Positions 1 through 10,281 of a DNA stretch of 64,000 bases are shown piece after piece. Position 1 is the first letter of the stretch, and each line of letters opens with the position of its first letter. The stretch spans positions 7,786 to 71,785 of the forward strand of contig DASVVE010000023.1 of NCBI GenBank assembly GCA_036386675.1, written 5' to 3'. A model generated the notes under the pieces. It had not been told where the DNA came from and made no database searches. It saw nothing but the letters and a program-made list of their open reading frames with translations. This DNA comes from Chloroflexia bacterium. GTDB lineage: Bacteria > Chloroflexota > Chloroflexia > QHBQ01 > JADMIH01. A program made the position numbers and the translations under genes.

Positions 1-3000
1 AAGCTGTACCGCCTTGGCTATTACCAGGACCAGGGGGCGCGCCTCTATTGGGAGCAGAGTAACATCGCCACGCCCTCGCAGTCTGCCTGCACCCGCGACA
101 AGGATACCGGGCTGGTGCAATGCCCCTGGTCGTCTACGTTCGCCATTCCCACCGATGCCAATTGGATCAGCGGCATCTACCTGCTGCGCCTCGACTCCAA
201 CCAGGGCAATCGTTTCTTCGTCTACTTCATCGTTCGCAACGACGGCTACGCGGCCGACATCCTGGCGATGGAGCCTACCAAGACGAACCAGGCCTACAAC
301 CGCTACGGCTGCGAGAGCCTCTACTTCTCAGGCACGGCTAACACAAGCAACAACCAGTGCGACGGAGTGGTCTCCAACGGCAACAGCAACAGGACGCGAA
401 GCTACAAGGTGTCGTTTGACCGCCCGTACAAGGGCGGTGCGGGCACGGGCGGCCTCTTTACCCACGACATAGAGATGATACGCTGGCTGGAGGCATCCGG
501 CTACGATGTGACCTACATCAGCGACGTGGACCGGGCCGCCAACCCATCTATCCTGCTTGGACACAAGGCTTATCTGGTCATGGGGCATGACGAATACTGG
601 ACCTGGCAGGAGTTCGACGCTGTAGAAAACGCGGTGGCGAGCGGAGTGAACGTGCTCTTCCTGTCGGCTAACGAAGCGTACTGGCGCATTCGTATGGAGA
701 GTTCCAGCCTTGGGCCTAACCGCGTGGTCGTGGGCTACAAAGACGCAACTGCCGACCCTATCAAGTCGGGGCCTGACGGGCCAACGATCACCTTCCGCAA
801 CCTGAACCGCTCGGAGAACCGCCTACTTGGCACCGGCTACATGAGCTACTACGACGACGCCCTCTACAACATGCCCTGGCAGCCAACCGTGGACTCCGGC
901 AAATGGTACTGGGACTGCACGGGCCTGCGGACGGGCGATACCGTCAACAACATCGTGGGCGAAGAGTGGAACGCCATCCTGTACAACTACAACTCCGTCA
1001 CCCCCGCGGGGATAGAGTTGCTGTCGGAGGGCGTGGCTTATAACGACCGGGGCGTGCCCTACCCGCAGAACACCACCATTTATACCGCCCCAAGTGGAGC
1101 AATGGTGTTCGCGGCGGGTAGCATCCACTGGTCGTGGGGCCTGATGGACCACTCATACCCCAACCAGGTGTTCCAGTCGTATGCCCGGTCGAACGACGCT
1201 GATGCGCGCATTCAGCAACTGACGGCCAACATACTTGATAGGTTCGCGGGCTACTGGGACGGCACGCCGAGGGGTTGCGAAGGGCAGGACTTCTACAAGA
1301 CAGGCCCACGCCCCACGCGCACCCCCATGCCGGCGCCCCCAACCGCTACCGGCACGCTGCCCACCAGCCCGCCCACTCGCACGGGCACTCCTACCCCGCA
1401 AAACGGCGGCAACACCGCCACGCCTACGGGCACTAACGCGGGCATCGCCACGAACACGAGTATTCCCGCTAATACCGCTACTGCCACTCGCACCCCAACG
1501 CAGACCCCGACACGAAACGCAACCCAAACACCTGTCCAGGGCACCGCATGTATGGTGACGTTCCCGGCTACCGACCTGCCCAAGGACATTCGCGACTTTA
1601 CCACTACCACCTCGGCCATTAGCGTGAGCGCGACGGGAACGGTGGCCCAGGTAGAGGTGCTTGGCCTCAGCATTGAGCACAGTTATGCCAGCGACGTGAC
1701 AGCTGTCCTTGTAAGCCCACAGGGCACGAGGGTAGACCTGTTTGCGGCGGTGTGTGGTACGGGCGAATGGACGGCAACGAATACGGGCTTCGGCATAGCC
1801 CAGTCGGCTGCGGGCGCGATGGGGTCTGTGTGCCCGCCGGGTCAGGCCACATACAAACCGGAAGAGGCGAGCCTGGCGACCTTTGTAGGGCAGCACGCGC
1901 ACGGTACGTGGACGCTTGAGGTGAGCGATGGAGGCCAGTACGACATAGGCAAACTGCACGCCTGGCAACTGAGGATCACGCTCAATAGCGCGACTTGTGG
2001 GGCTGCGCCCAGTGCCACGTCCACCAACACCGCTACCAGTACCGCCACCAACACGCAGCCGCCGACCAGCACCAGCATACCCACGTCCACAATAGCACCT
2101 AGCAGCACTAGAACCGCTACAGCGTCCGCAACGTATACATATCAACCGACTGATACACCTGTGCCTACGTCTACAGCCACGCGAACACCACTACCAGCTA
2201 ATACCGCTACCGATACGGCGCAGCCTACCAACACTGCTACTCGCGCGCCAGTGCCGACCAATACCGCCACTGTGGCTGTTCCCGCGAGTGCCACCGCTAC
2301 ACACACCTCTACATCCACCAACACGGTCCAACCCGCCACCAATACAGCTACTCGGACCGCTACGAGGACCGCGACCGGCACCTCTACCTCAGTGGCAGCG
2401 AACACAGCCACAAGAACAGCGACAGCGACGAGAACCAGCACTGCCACACGTACTCCTACGCGAACGGTCATGGGTACAGCCACACGCACCCCAACCGTCA
2501 CTCGTACTCCCACGCGCACGGCTACGAGCCTGGCTACACAGACACCGGCGACAGGTGGTAGTTGTGCGGCCACTTACGCCAGCGCGGACGTGCCCAGGCC
2601 GCTGACCGACCAGGGCACCACCATCTCGGTCCTGACGGTGAATGACACCGGCACCGTGGCGCAGGTTGAGGTACGTGGCCTGAGCCTTGCTCATACATAC
2701 GCCAGCGACATGACGGTGTTCCTTATCTCGCCGCAGGGCGCGCGTGTGGAGCTTTTCTCCCACAGGTGCGGCAGCAACGTCTGGACGCAGGGTAATACAG
2801 GCTTCAGCTTGAAACAGGGCGCTACTACGGCGATGGGCGCCACATGCCCGCCCGGCAGCGGCACGTATCTACCCGTGGGTAACCTGGGGTTGATGGCGGG
2901 CCAGCAGGCGAAGGGCACGTGGAAGCTGGAGGTAAACGACACCGGGGCCTACGACCTCGGCACTCTCCATGCCTGGAACCTGTCGATAATCTACAGCAAC

Positions 3001-3696
3001 GTCCCCTGTCCGGTCGGCTCGCAGGCGCATGCGAACACCCCGGTGCCCACCGGCACCCCCAACACCACCTTTGGCGACGTAGCGCAGGAAGACGTATTCA
3101 AGCCGTACCTGGAATGGATGGCCTCGCGGGGCTACATCAGCGGCTATCCTTGCGGCGGTGAGGGCGAGCCGTGTCCTGGCACTTACTTCCGGCCGTCCGC
3201 CAGCGTCACCAGGGGGCAGCTACTCAAGATGGTGGTGAGCGCTACGGGCTGGGCCATGGTCAACCCCAAAGACCCCACTTTCGCCGACGTAGCGCGTGAC
3301 AGCGCCTTCTACATTTACGTGGAGACGGCCGCGCGGCACAGCATCATCAACGGTTATCCGTGCGGCAGCGAGGCCGAACCCTGCGACGGTGCGGGGCTAC
3401 CCTACTTCCGAGCAGGGAGCAACATCACGCGCGGGCAGTTGAGCAAGGTCATGGCCCTGGCGCTGGGCTTACCGGCCCCGGCGGCAGGTACCGAGACCTT
3501 CGAGGACGTGCCGGAGGGCAGTCCCTTCCACACGTACGTGGAGGCGATGTCGGCCAACCATATAGTGGGTGGATACACCTGCGGGCTTCCGGGCGAGCCG
3601 TGCGACGGTGCGCGGAGACCCTACTTCCGACCTTCAAGCAGCGCCAGCCGCGGGCAGGTCGCCAAGTTCGTAGCGGTGGGCTACGGCGATAGATGA
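1..3696 (+). CDS. SLH-anchored multidomain surface protein, 5' end outside the window (dimethylformamidase-beta-like domain, two proprotein-convertase-type P domains, Thr/Pro/Ala-rich linkers, three SLH repeats)
   Basis: Frame 1 is open from nt 1; the ORF track gives 115..3696. Motifs read by eye: GHDEYWT and [15 protein letters not shown] (DMFase large-subunit-like family). Two P-domain-like modules ([17 protein letters not shown]...[25 protein letters not shown] and [17 protein letters not shown]...[25 protein letters not shown]). Three C-terminal repeats starting [10 protein letters not shown] / [11 protein letters not shown] / [11 protein letters not shown] and ending TRGQ/SRGQ, typical of SLH domains. 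Confidence 0.8.
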   Translation, partial: KLYRLGYYQDQGARLYWEQSNIATPSQSACTRDKDTGLVQCPWSSTFAIPTDANWISGIYLLRLDSNQGNRFFVYFIVRNDGYAADILAMEPTKTNQAYNRYGCESLYFSGTANTSNNQCDGVVSNGNSNRTRSYKVSFDRPYKGGAGTGGLFTHDIEMIRWLEASGYDVTYISDVDRAANPSILLGHKAYLVMGHDEYWTWQEFDAVENAVASGVNVLFLSANEAYWRIRMESSSLGPNRVVVGYKDATADPIKSGPDGPTITFRNLNRSENRLLGTGYMSYYDDALYNMPWQPTVDSGKWYWDCTGLRTGDTVNNIVGEEWNAILYNYNSVTPAGIELLSEGVAYNDRGVPYPQNTTIYTAPSGAMVFAAGSIHWSWGLMDHSYPNQVFQSYARSNDADARIQQLTANILDRFAGYWDGTPRGCEGQDFYKTGPRPTRTPMPAPPTATGTLPTSPPTRTGTPTPQNGGNTATPTGTNAGIATNTSIPANTATATRTPTQTPTRNATQTPVQGTACMVTFPATDLPKDIRDFTTTTSAISVSATGTVAQVEVLGLSIEHSYASDVTAVLVSPQGTRVDLFAAVCGTGEWTATNTGFGIAQSAAGAMGSVCPPGQATYKPEEASLATFVGQHAHGTWTLEVSDGGQYDIGKLHAWQLRITLNSATCGAAPSATSTNTATSTATNTQPPTSTSIPTSTIAPSSTRTATASATYTYQPTDTPVPTSTATRTPLPANTATDTAQPTNTATRAPVPTNTATVAVPASATATHTSTSTNTVQPATNTATRTATRTATGTSTSVAANTATRTATATRTSTATRTPTRTVMGTATRTPTVTRTPTRTATSLATQTPATGGSCAATYASADVPRPLTDQGTTISVLTVNDTGTVAQVEVRGLSLAHTYASDMTVFLISPQGARVELFSHRCGSNVWTQGNTGFSLKQGATTAMGATCPPGSGTYLPVGNLGLMAGQQAKGTWKLEVNDTGAYDLGTLHAWNLSIIYSNVPCPVGSQAHANTPVPTGTPNTTFGDVAQEDVFKPYLEWMASRGYISGYPCGGEGEPCPGTYFRPSASVTRGQLLKMVVSATGWAMVNPKDPTFADVARDSAFYIYVETAARHSIINGYPCGSEAEPCDGAGLPYFRAGSNITRGQLSKVMALALGLPAPAAGTETFEDVPEGSPFHTYVEAMSANHIVGGYTCGLPGEPCDGARRPYFRPSSSASRGQVAKFVAVGYGDR

Positions 3697-3722
3697 CAGC
3701 AATATCGCGAAAGTAAATTACC

Positions 3723-3754
3723 GTTGGAGGAGACAGAAGGGGGCCTCCTCCAAC
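3723..3754 (+). terminator. Stem-loop downstream of the SLH protein gene
   Basis: Perfect 10-bp stem GTTGGAGGAG / CTCCTCCAAC with a 12-nt loop, 27 nt after the stop. No clear U-tract follows, so terminator function is uncertain. Confidence 0.4.
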
Positions 3755-3974
3755 AAATGAGTAGTAGACGTATCACATAGTACTGCCTGATATACCACGC
3801 TCACGCTAAAAGAGTTAACACCATCGGGTGATTTGGCTCTCGTGACGCGAGTTTACAATCAAGATACCGGCAATACTCCCTAGCTAATCGTGGGCGCTAT
3901 ACAACTTCGCATACGGCAGAGCAGCCGTTCTGCTTAACTATCCACATGCCCTGAAGGGGCGGTAACAGTCACGA

Positions 3975-5579
3975 GTGGTAACCCTGCGGGCGCGTCAGGG
4001 ACCCTCCTGTCTCCTACGGGAAAGGGACATTCAAATGGCGCAAATACCAGATTTCTTTACTGACGAAAAAGGCATAGTTGGGGGCATTTATACCGCCCTC
4101 ATAGGGGCTTCGCGCACGAGGCCCGTCGCCAGGGCGATGGCCCCAACCACCGCGCGCACCCTCACCGACAGCGGGAATCTCAGGACTGGCCCCCTGAAGC
4201 GGGGACTGGCGATTGGAGAGCGCAAGCTGTTGCAGGCGTTCGCCGACTGGTCTGTGCTGGTGACGGGCTGCTTCTTCATCCTGAGCATTAGCGACCGGCT
4301 CTACTCGCGCAGCGCGATGGGCGTGAGCCTCCTGGTGCTCACGATGCTCTGGTTCTTCTTCGCGGACGCTTTCGACGCCTACAGGGTGCCGACGATGCAG
4401 AGCCGCTTCTACACCGCCTACGCCGCCGCTAAGGTGGCCGTGGTGACCACTATCAGCTACACGCTGGTGGCCTGGTTCGTGGGTGGCGTCGTGCCCATAA
4501 TCCGGCCCCGCATCAGCGAAACGCTGCTCATCGCCGCGCTTATGCTGCCCATCGCGGGGGTGCGCGTCCTGTTGAGCCTGGCGATGTCGCATGCCCCATT
4601 ACGCAGGCGCGTGGTGGTGGTAGGTGCCAACCAGGATGGCTTCGAGATGGTCGAGGCGATCCGCCGCTACGACGGCAAGACTTACGAGTTCCTGGGCTAC
4701 TTTGACGACGCGCCGGAGCTGGTGCAGGACAAGGCCCCAATCAGGCGCGAGAGCGTGCACCCCACCTCCGAGCTTATCGCCTTCAATGCTATGTACGGCA
4801 TCGACCAGGTGGTGCTTGCCAACCCGTTGCAGAACGTATCGCTCCTGCACACCCTGTCCCGGCTGCACGAGCAAGGCGCTCAAATCACCCCGATGTTCGC
4901 CATCTACCAGGACCTCACGGGCCGAGTGCCGGTGTCGCACCTGGGCAACGACTGGTACGTGGCCCTCCCGGCCAACGTCAAGAAGACGACCCGCACCTAC
5001 CAGCTTATCAAGCGGGGCCTGGACATAGTAATGTCGCTGGGCATGCTCATCGTGGCCGCGCCCGTTATCCCGCTGACCATGTTGGCAATCAAGCTCGACT
5101 CTCCGGGGCCGATCTTCTTCAAGCAGGTACGCGTGGGCCAGGGCGGCAAGCTGTTCAAGATAGTCAAGTTCCGCTCGATGCGCCAGGATGCCGAGGCCGG
5201 GAGCGGCGCGGTGTGGGCCAGCAACGGCGACCCGCGAATAACCCGCATCGGACGCTTCCTGCGCAAGAGCCGCATTGACGAGATACCGCAGCTTTGGAAC
5301 ATCGTGGTGGGCGACATGAGCTTCGTCGGCCCCCGCCCCGAACGCCCGGAGTTCGACGAGCAGTTGGAGCGTGAGATACCGTTCTACCTGGCGAGGCGGG
5401 CGGTCCGCCCAGGGCTTACCGGGTGGGCGCAGGTGCAGTACCGCTATGGCAACACTCTCGCGGACACGCTTCGCAAGGTCGAATACGACCTGTACTACAT
5501 CAAGAACGAGTCGCTATACCTCGACCTGCTCATCCTGCTACGCACCGTGGCGGTGGTGCTAAAGCTCGGCGGCAACTAG
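3975..5579 (+). CDS. Polyprenyl-phosphate glycosyl-phosphotransferase (bacterial sugar transferase, WbaP/EpsB-type priming enzyme)
   Basis: C-terminal bacterial sugar-transferase motifs KRGLDIVMS...PGPIFFKQVRVGQGGKLFKIVKFRSM...DEIPQLWNIVVGDMSFVGPRPERPEF follow several hydrophobic helices. Start is GTG 3975 or ATG 4035. Confidence 0.85.
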   Translation: MVTLRARQGPSCLLRERDIQMAQIPDFFTDEKGIVGGIYTALIGASRTRPVARAMAPTTARTLTDSGNLRTGPLKRGLAIGERKLLQAFADWSVLVTGCFFILSISDRLYSRSAMGVSLLVLTMLWFFFADAFDAYRVPTMQSRFYTAYAAAKVAVVTTISYTLVAWFVGGVVPIIRPRISETLLIAALMLPIAGVRVLLSLAMSHAPLRRRVVVVGANQDGFEMVEAIRRYDGKTYEFLGYFDDAPELVQDKAPIRRESVHPTSELIAFNAMYGIDQVVLANPLQNVSLLHTLSRLHEQGAQITPMFAIYQDLTGRVPVSHLGNDWYVALPANVKKTTRTYQLIKRGLDIVMSLGMLIVAAPVIPLTMLAIKLDSPGPIFFKQVRVGQGGKLFKIVKFRSMRQDAEAGSGAVWASNGDPRITRIGRFLRKSRIDEIPQLWNIVVGDMSFVGPRPERPEFDEQLEREIPFYLARRAVRPGLTGWAQVQYRYGNTLADTLRKVEYDLYYIKNESLYLDLLILLRTVAVVLKLGGN

Positions 5580-5629
5580 GATTGATTTCGTTAGCAAGCC
5601 CCTTACCTGAGCCTCGCCTGGACCCAATT

Positions 5630-6586
5630 ATGAGACCCACAGTCAGCGCGGTCATAACCACATACAACTATGCCCGGTTCCTCCCACCGGCCATCGAGAG
5701 CGTGTTGGCTCAGACGCTGCCAGCCGACGAGATAATCGTGGTGGACGACGGCTCGACCGATGACACGGCGCAGGTGGTGGCTCGATATGCCGACCGGGGC
5801 GTGCGATACGTTTATAAGGAGAACGGGGGCGGTAGCTCAGCGCGCAACGCGGGTATTCTAGCCAGCAACTGCGATTTTATTGCGTTCCTGGACGGGGACG
5901 ACCGCTGGCTGCCACACAAGTTGGAGCGACAGGTCGAGCAGATGGTGCGGTACGCTAACGTGGGGCTGGTGTCCGGCGGTGAGTGGCAGGTGGACGCGCG
6001 CGGCGAGCACCCTTACCTTGTGGCGCGGCAAGCTATAGAAGCAGCCGGGGTCTACAAGCAGATGCTCGTGGAGAACTTCATCGGCAATACCTCCCTGGCG
6101 CTGGTGCGGCGCTCCGTCTTTGACAAGGTGGGCATGTTCGATGAGAAAGTGCCGCTGGGCCACGACTGGGATATGTGGCTGCGCATCGCCAGAGAGTACC
6201 CCATCAGCGTGATAGGCGAGCCACTTATCTACTATACGCGGCACTCCGGTAGCCTGTCGGCGGGCAAGATTGAGCAGCGGTACCGCTCGAACCGCGAGTT
6301 CCACCGCCGCTACATAGGGCAGCTTCCCTCCGCTTGGGACCGCTTCTGGATAGCGAGGGCCGCGCAGAGCATGAACCTCTATTACACCGCGGTGGGCCTG
6401 GCAGACGACCGTGGCAGACGCTTTAGCGCCCTGGGATTGGCCGTGCTGGCGCTGGTCATGGACCCGTTCTACAAGGCCAAGCTCAAACTGGGCCTGGTGC
6501 TGCGTTCCTTATTCGGGGCGAAGATGGTAAGCCGTATCAGTCACACCCTGCGAGCTAGGGTGTCGCACGGAACAAGAGGTATTTAG
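5630..6586 (+). CDS. Glycosyltransferase family 2
   Basis: VSAVITTYNYARFLPPAIESVLAQT...IIVVDDGSTDDT...FLDGDDRW is a typical GT2 N-terminal signature. The track ORF starts at 5423, but ATG 5630 lies 51 nt after the upstream stop and begins the conserved domain. Confidence 0.85.
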   Translation: MRPTVSAVITTYNYARFLPPAIESVLAQTLPADEIIVVDDGSTDDTAQVVARYADRGVRYVYKENGGGSSARNAGILASNCDFIAFLDGDDRWLPHKLERQVEQMVRYANVGLVSGGEWQVDARGEHPYLVARQAIEAAGVYKQMLVENFIGNTSLALVRRSVFDKVGMFDEKVPLGHDWDMWLRIAREYPISVIGEPLIYYTRHSGSLSAGKIEQRYRSNREFHRRYIGQLPSAWDRFWIARAAQSMNLYYTAVGLADDRGRRFSALGLAVLALVMDPFYKAKLKLGLVLRSLFGAKMVSRISHTLRARVSHGTRGI

Positions 6587-6638
6587 AACTGCACGCGAGG
6601 TTCCATCATTGCGTGGAGCCACCCACACCGGAGCACTA

Positions 6639-7844
6639 ATGGCCGCCATCTCCCAAGCCCAATACCAGCAGGCAACTCCCCATACATTGGGCACGCCCAC
6701 CTCCCGCACGACTGCCGGTGCGACCACATTACACGTAAGCGAAGTGAACAGCCGCGCCGCTTTCATGCAGATGCAGGGCGAGTGGAACGCCCTGGTCCGC
6801 GCCACCGACGACCAACCCTTCTACCGCCACGAGTGGTTTCGCATTTGGCTGGACAACTTCGCAGCCGATGCCAGGTGGCGGATATTTGTCGCACGCGACG
6901 GCGAGGGCAAGCTGGTTGGCGCTCTCCCCCTCATCGAACAGCCTGGCATGGTGCTGGGAGCGCCCGCGCGGTGTCTCTCCGCCGCGGCAAACGACCACAC
7001 TCCCCGGTTCGACCTGATTGCCGAGGACCCGGAAGCAGTCGCGGCCGCGTTCGTCGGGCACCTGAGACGCGACAGTAACTGGGACGTCCTGCACCTGCCC
7101 AGCGTGCCGCCTGGGGGCCATGCGTGGCGCTTGTACGAGGCAGCTAACCATGCGGGCCACCCCACCGGCACCTGGCAGGCCGACAACTCACCCTATTTTG
7201 CCTTACCCGCCAGGCACGAGGAGATGCAGAAGCAACTCGACACGAAGTTCAAGGCGAACCTGAGACGCAGGCACAAGAAACTGGCGGAGAAGGGGCCTGT
7301 AACGGTCCAAAAGGCCTCCGGTGAGAGCGACCTGGCATACCACCTGGAGGAAGGCTTCGCGGTGGAGCAGAGCGGCTGGAAGGGGCGTGAGGGTACCGCG
7401 ATGGCCCAGGACGGCCACGTGGCGGGCTTCTACTCGGAGCTTGCGCGATTCGCGGCGCACGACGGCAGCCTGGCGCTCTATTACCTGCGGGTGGATGGCA
7501 AAGCCGTGGCGTTTCACTACGGGCTGACCTACGGCTCGACCTACTACCTGCTCAAACCGGGCTACGACGAGAGCGTGAAGGAGTGCAGTCCGGGCCAACT
7601 GCTGATGGACGAGGTGGTGAAGCAGTGCATCGAAGACGGTCTGACCGAGTTCGACTTCCTTGGTCCCGACATGACGTGGAAGCGGGACTGGGCAAGTGAC
7701 AGCCGGCAGCACACCCGCCTCTACATCTTCCGCGACAGCCCATACGGCAGGTTCCTGCGCAACTACAAGTTCAACTGGTCGAGGCAGGTAAAGCACGCCA
7801 TTACATGGCTGGTCGATTCGGGCGCAGGCATTGGACTTGGATAG
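6639..7844 (+). CDS. CelD/BcsL-like GNAT-fold acyltransferase (Acetyltransf_6 / FemAB-like)
   Basis: EWNALV...PFYRHEWFRIWLDNF...VARDGEGKLVGALPLIE at the N terminus, and YYLRVDGKAVAFHYGL...SPGQLLMDEVVKQCIEDGLTEFDFLGPDMTWKRDW at the C terminus, match the family pattern as I recall it. Paralogous to 9038..10267. Confidence 0.7.
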   Translation: MAAISQAQYQQATPHTLGTPTSRTTAGATTLHVSEVNSRAAFMQMQGEWNALVRATDDQPFYRHEWFRIWLDNFAADARWRIFVARDGEGKLVGALPLIEQPGMVLGAPARCLSAAANDHTPRFDLIAEDPEAVAAAFVGHLRRDSNWDVLHLPSVPPGGHAWRLYEAANHAGHPTGTWQADNSPYFALPARHEEMQKQLDTKFKANLRRRHKKLAEKGPVTVQKASGESDLAYHLEEGFAVEQSGWKGREGTAMAQDGHVAGFYSELARFAAHDGSLALYYLRVDGKAVAFHYGLTYGSTYYLLKPGYDESVKECSPGQLLMDEVVKQCIEDGLTEFDFLGPDMTWKRDWASDSRQHTRLYIFRDSPYGRFLRNYKFNWSRQVKHAITWLVDSGAGIGLG

Positions 7845-9036
7845 GTCGGTGAAGCAAAAAGAGTACTTCGTCCCGTCGCTACCTACCCTGTGGCCCGGCA
7901 TGCTCCTGCCTCGCGCTGGACGGAAGGATGGGCGCAAAGGCATCTTCCCCTTCGACAGTCCCTCCGCTTCGTACTATTATTTCTCGCGAAACGCCCTCTG
8001 GGAAGCAATCAAGCTGCTCGGCTTGTCGGGTGGTGAGGTCGTGGTCCCAGCGTATCACCACGGGGTGGAAATTGAGACGCTCGTAGCGGCCGGGGTAAAG
8101 CCGGTGTACTACCCGGTGGGGCGCGACTGGGACGTGAATCCCGCCGACGTGGAGGCGCTGATTAGCCCCAACACGCGGGCGCTGTACCTCATTCACTACG
8201 CGGGCTTCCCAGGCCCCACCCGGCAGATGAGGGCGCTGGCCGGCCATTACAACCTGCCGCTTATCGAAGACTGTGCCCTATCGCTCCTCTCCTCCGAGGG
8301 GAGTACCCCACTGGGCAGCACGGGCGACGTGGCCTTCTACTCGATTTACAAGATGCTGCCGGTGCCGAACGGCGGGCTTATGGTGTTGAACGGCAAGCTT
8401 GCCGAGCGTACCGCCGAGTTGGGGCAGGTGGAGGCACCGCCCTTTACCTCGACGGTCAGCCATATACTCTCCTCGTTGCTACAGAACGTGGAGTTTCGCG
8501 GTGGAAAGGCCGGGCGACTGGTGAGGCAGGGCGTGCGGCGGCTGGGCAAGCGCACGGTGGAAACGGCCGGAATAGAGCGAGTGACCACCGGCAGCGACCA
8601 CTTCAACCCCGACGACGCGGGCCTGGGCATGAGCAGCGTGAGCCACAACGTGCTGGCGGCGCTGGACATGGCGCGCATCATAGAGGTCCGGCGGCTCAAC
8701 TACCGCTACCTGTTGCGGCAGTTGGGCGACGTAGGCCAGCCCCTGATGCCGCACCTGGGGGAAGGCGTTTGCCCGCTCTTCTATCCCATGATAGTGCGGA
8801 ACAAGGAAGAGATCGTAAGGAAGTTGGAGGCCGTGGGTATCGAGGCCATTGACTTCTGGCATTACTTCCACCCTTCCTGCGACCCGCAACAGTTCCCCGA
8901 CGCCGCCTGGCTGCGCGAGCACGTGCTGGAGGTACCCTGCCACCAGGACCTCACCCCGGCGCGCATGGCCTACGTGACGCGTATGGTGCGGGAGGTAGTG
9001 TGTGGAGAACAAATAAGCGTGGCGGTGGGTGTATAG
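7831..9036 (+). CDS. DegT/DnrJ/EryC1/StrS-like PLP-dependent aminotransferase-fold protein
   Basis: VVVPAYHHGVEIETLVAAG, LIHYAGFPG, LIEDCALSL and FYSIYKMLPVPNGG (candidate PLP lysine) resemble sugar aminotransferases. Start is uncertain (TTG 7831 overlaps the upstream gene; ATG 7900 is an alternative). Confidence 0.6.
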   Translation: MDLDRSVKQKEYFVPSLPTLWPGMLLPRAGRKDGRKGIFPFDSPSASYYYFSRNALWEAIKLLGLSGGEVVVPAYHHGVEIETLVAAGVKPVYYPVGRDWDVNPADVEALISPNTRALYLIHYAGFPGPTRQMRALAGHYNLPLIEDCALSLLSSEGSTPLGSTGDVAFYSIYKMLPVPNGGLMVLNGKLAERTAELGQVEAPPFTSTVSHILSSLLQNVEFRGGKAGRLVRQGVRRLGKRTVETAGIERVTTGSDHFNPDDAGLGMSSVSHNVLAALDMARIIEVRRLNYRYLLRQLGDVGQPLMPHLGEGVCPLFYPMIVRNKEEIVRKLEAVGIEAIDFWHYFHPSCDPQQFPDAAWLREHVLEVPCHQDLTPARMAYVTRMVREVVCGEQISVAVGV

Positions 9037-9037
9037 T

Positions 9038-10267
9038 ATGATCACGATGGAACGCCCGATAACGATAGCCGACGAACTTGAGCGCACGCTGGCTCGTCCT
9101 CTCTCTGCCCTCCCCGAACCCTTGCAGATGGGATTGGTCACCGACGTGCTGGCATTTGCTGCGCTGCGCCGCGAGTGGGGCGAACTGCTTGATAGGAGCA
9201 GCGCCAGCATATTCAACTCCTGGGAATGGTTATATCCGTGGTACAGGCGGTTGGGCGCGGACCGGCAGCTCTACATCCTGACGGCGCGTGATGAGGACGG
9301 CAGTTTGGTGGGGTTGATGCCCTTATGCGTGGAGCAACGCCGCGCGATGGGACGCAAGCTGCGCCGCCTGACCTTCCTGGGGGAGACGCACATCTGTGGC
9401 GACTACATGGACGTTGTAGCGCTACCGGAACGGCACGAGGCGGTGGTGGAGACGTTTGCTGACTATCTTAGGCGGTCGCAGGGCATGTGGGACGTGCTGG
9501 ACCTGGCCGACATAGACAGCCAATCGCCCACGCTGGCCCTGTTGCAGAAGAGTTTCTCAGCCCCTGAGTACGTCGCGGAGATTCGACCCGGCTTCGTCTG
9601 CCCTACTCTGACGTTGCGGCCCGGAGAGACGTTCGAGGACTTCCTGCGCGGCTCTTCGCGGCGGGAGAACTATCGCCGCCGTAAGAAGCAGTTGGAGAAG
9701 CAGCCAGGCTTCAGCGTGGAGTGCATAGAGGACCCGGCGGACCTTGCGCGGCCTTTCAGCGAGTTCCTGCGCCTGCACGCCATGCGTTGGTCGGGCGAGG
9801 GCGGCTCTGACGGTATTACCGGGCACGACGTGGAGGCATTCCACCGGGACGCTACTACTTTGCTTGCCGAGCGGGGTAAGCTGCGGTTGTTCGTGATGAG
9901 TGTGGAGGGTAAGGCTGTGGCCTCGCTGTACGCCCTGCGACACGGCGACACCTTCAGCTACTACCAGGCCGGGCGCGACCCCGAATGGCAGAACATGAGC
10001 GTGGGCCTCGTGATGCTGGTCGAAACGTTCAAGCGGGCCATCGAGGAAGGGGCCGCTACCTACGACTTCCTGCGCGGCGAGGAGCCATACAAGGCCGAAT
10101 GGAACAACGGGCAACGCACCATCGTCGGCCTGCGCATCTACCCACGCGGTGGAACGGGCAGCGATATTGGCAGGCAGGAGCGACTGGTTGCCTCGACTCG
10201 CGACTTGGTGAAACGCCTACTACCCACCGCCATGTTGGAGCGGGTGAGGCGCTTGAGGAAGTCCTGA
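9038..10267 (+). CDS. CelD/BcsL-like GNAT-fold acyltransferase, second copy
   Basis: EWGELLDRSSASIFNSWEWLYPWYRRLG...ARDEDGSLVGLMPLCV and FVMSVEGKAVASLYALRHG...YDFLRGEEPYKAEWNNG follow the same architecture as 6639..7844. ATG 9038 lies just after the upstream stop (9034-9036). Confidence 0.7.
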   Translation: MITMERPITIADELERTLARPLSALPEPLQMGLVTDVLAFAALRREWGELLDRSSASIFNSWEWLYPWYRRLGADRQLYILTARDEDGSLVGLMPLCVEQRRAMGRKLRRLTFLGETHICGDYMDVVALPERHEAVVETFADYLRRSQGMWDVLDLADIDSQSPTLALLQKSFSAPEYVAEIRPGFVCPTLTLRPGETFEDFLRGSSRRENYRRRKKQLEKQPGFSVECIEDPADLARPFSEFLRLHAMRWSGEGGSDGITGHDVEAFHRDATTLLAERGKLRLFVMSVEGKAVASLYALRHGDTFSYYQAGRDPEWQNMSVGLVMLVETFKRAIEEGAATYDFLRGEEPYKAEWNNGQRTIVGLRIYPRGGTGSDIGRQERLVASTRDLVKRLLPTAMLERVRRLRKS

Positions 10268-10281
10268 AGAAGCACGGAGTC

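Noticed and set aside
5423-5629. N-terminal extensions given by the ORF track (5423, 21947, 23802, 24701, 32253, 33554, 35202, 38695, 42819, 52859, 53521, 55845, 56325)
   Set aside because: Most extensions overlap the upstream gene, a repeat element or a riboswitch and lack family homology. Internal starts that follow the upstream stop or a good SD were preferred.
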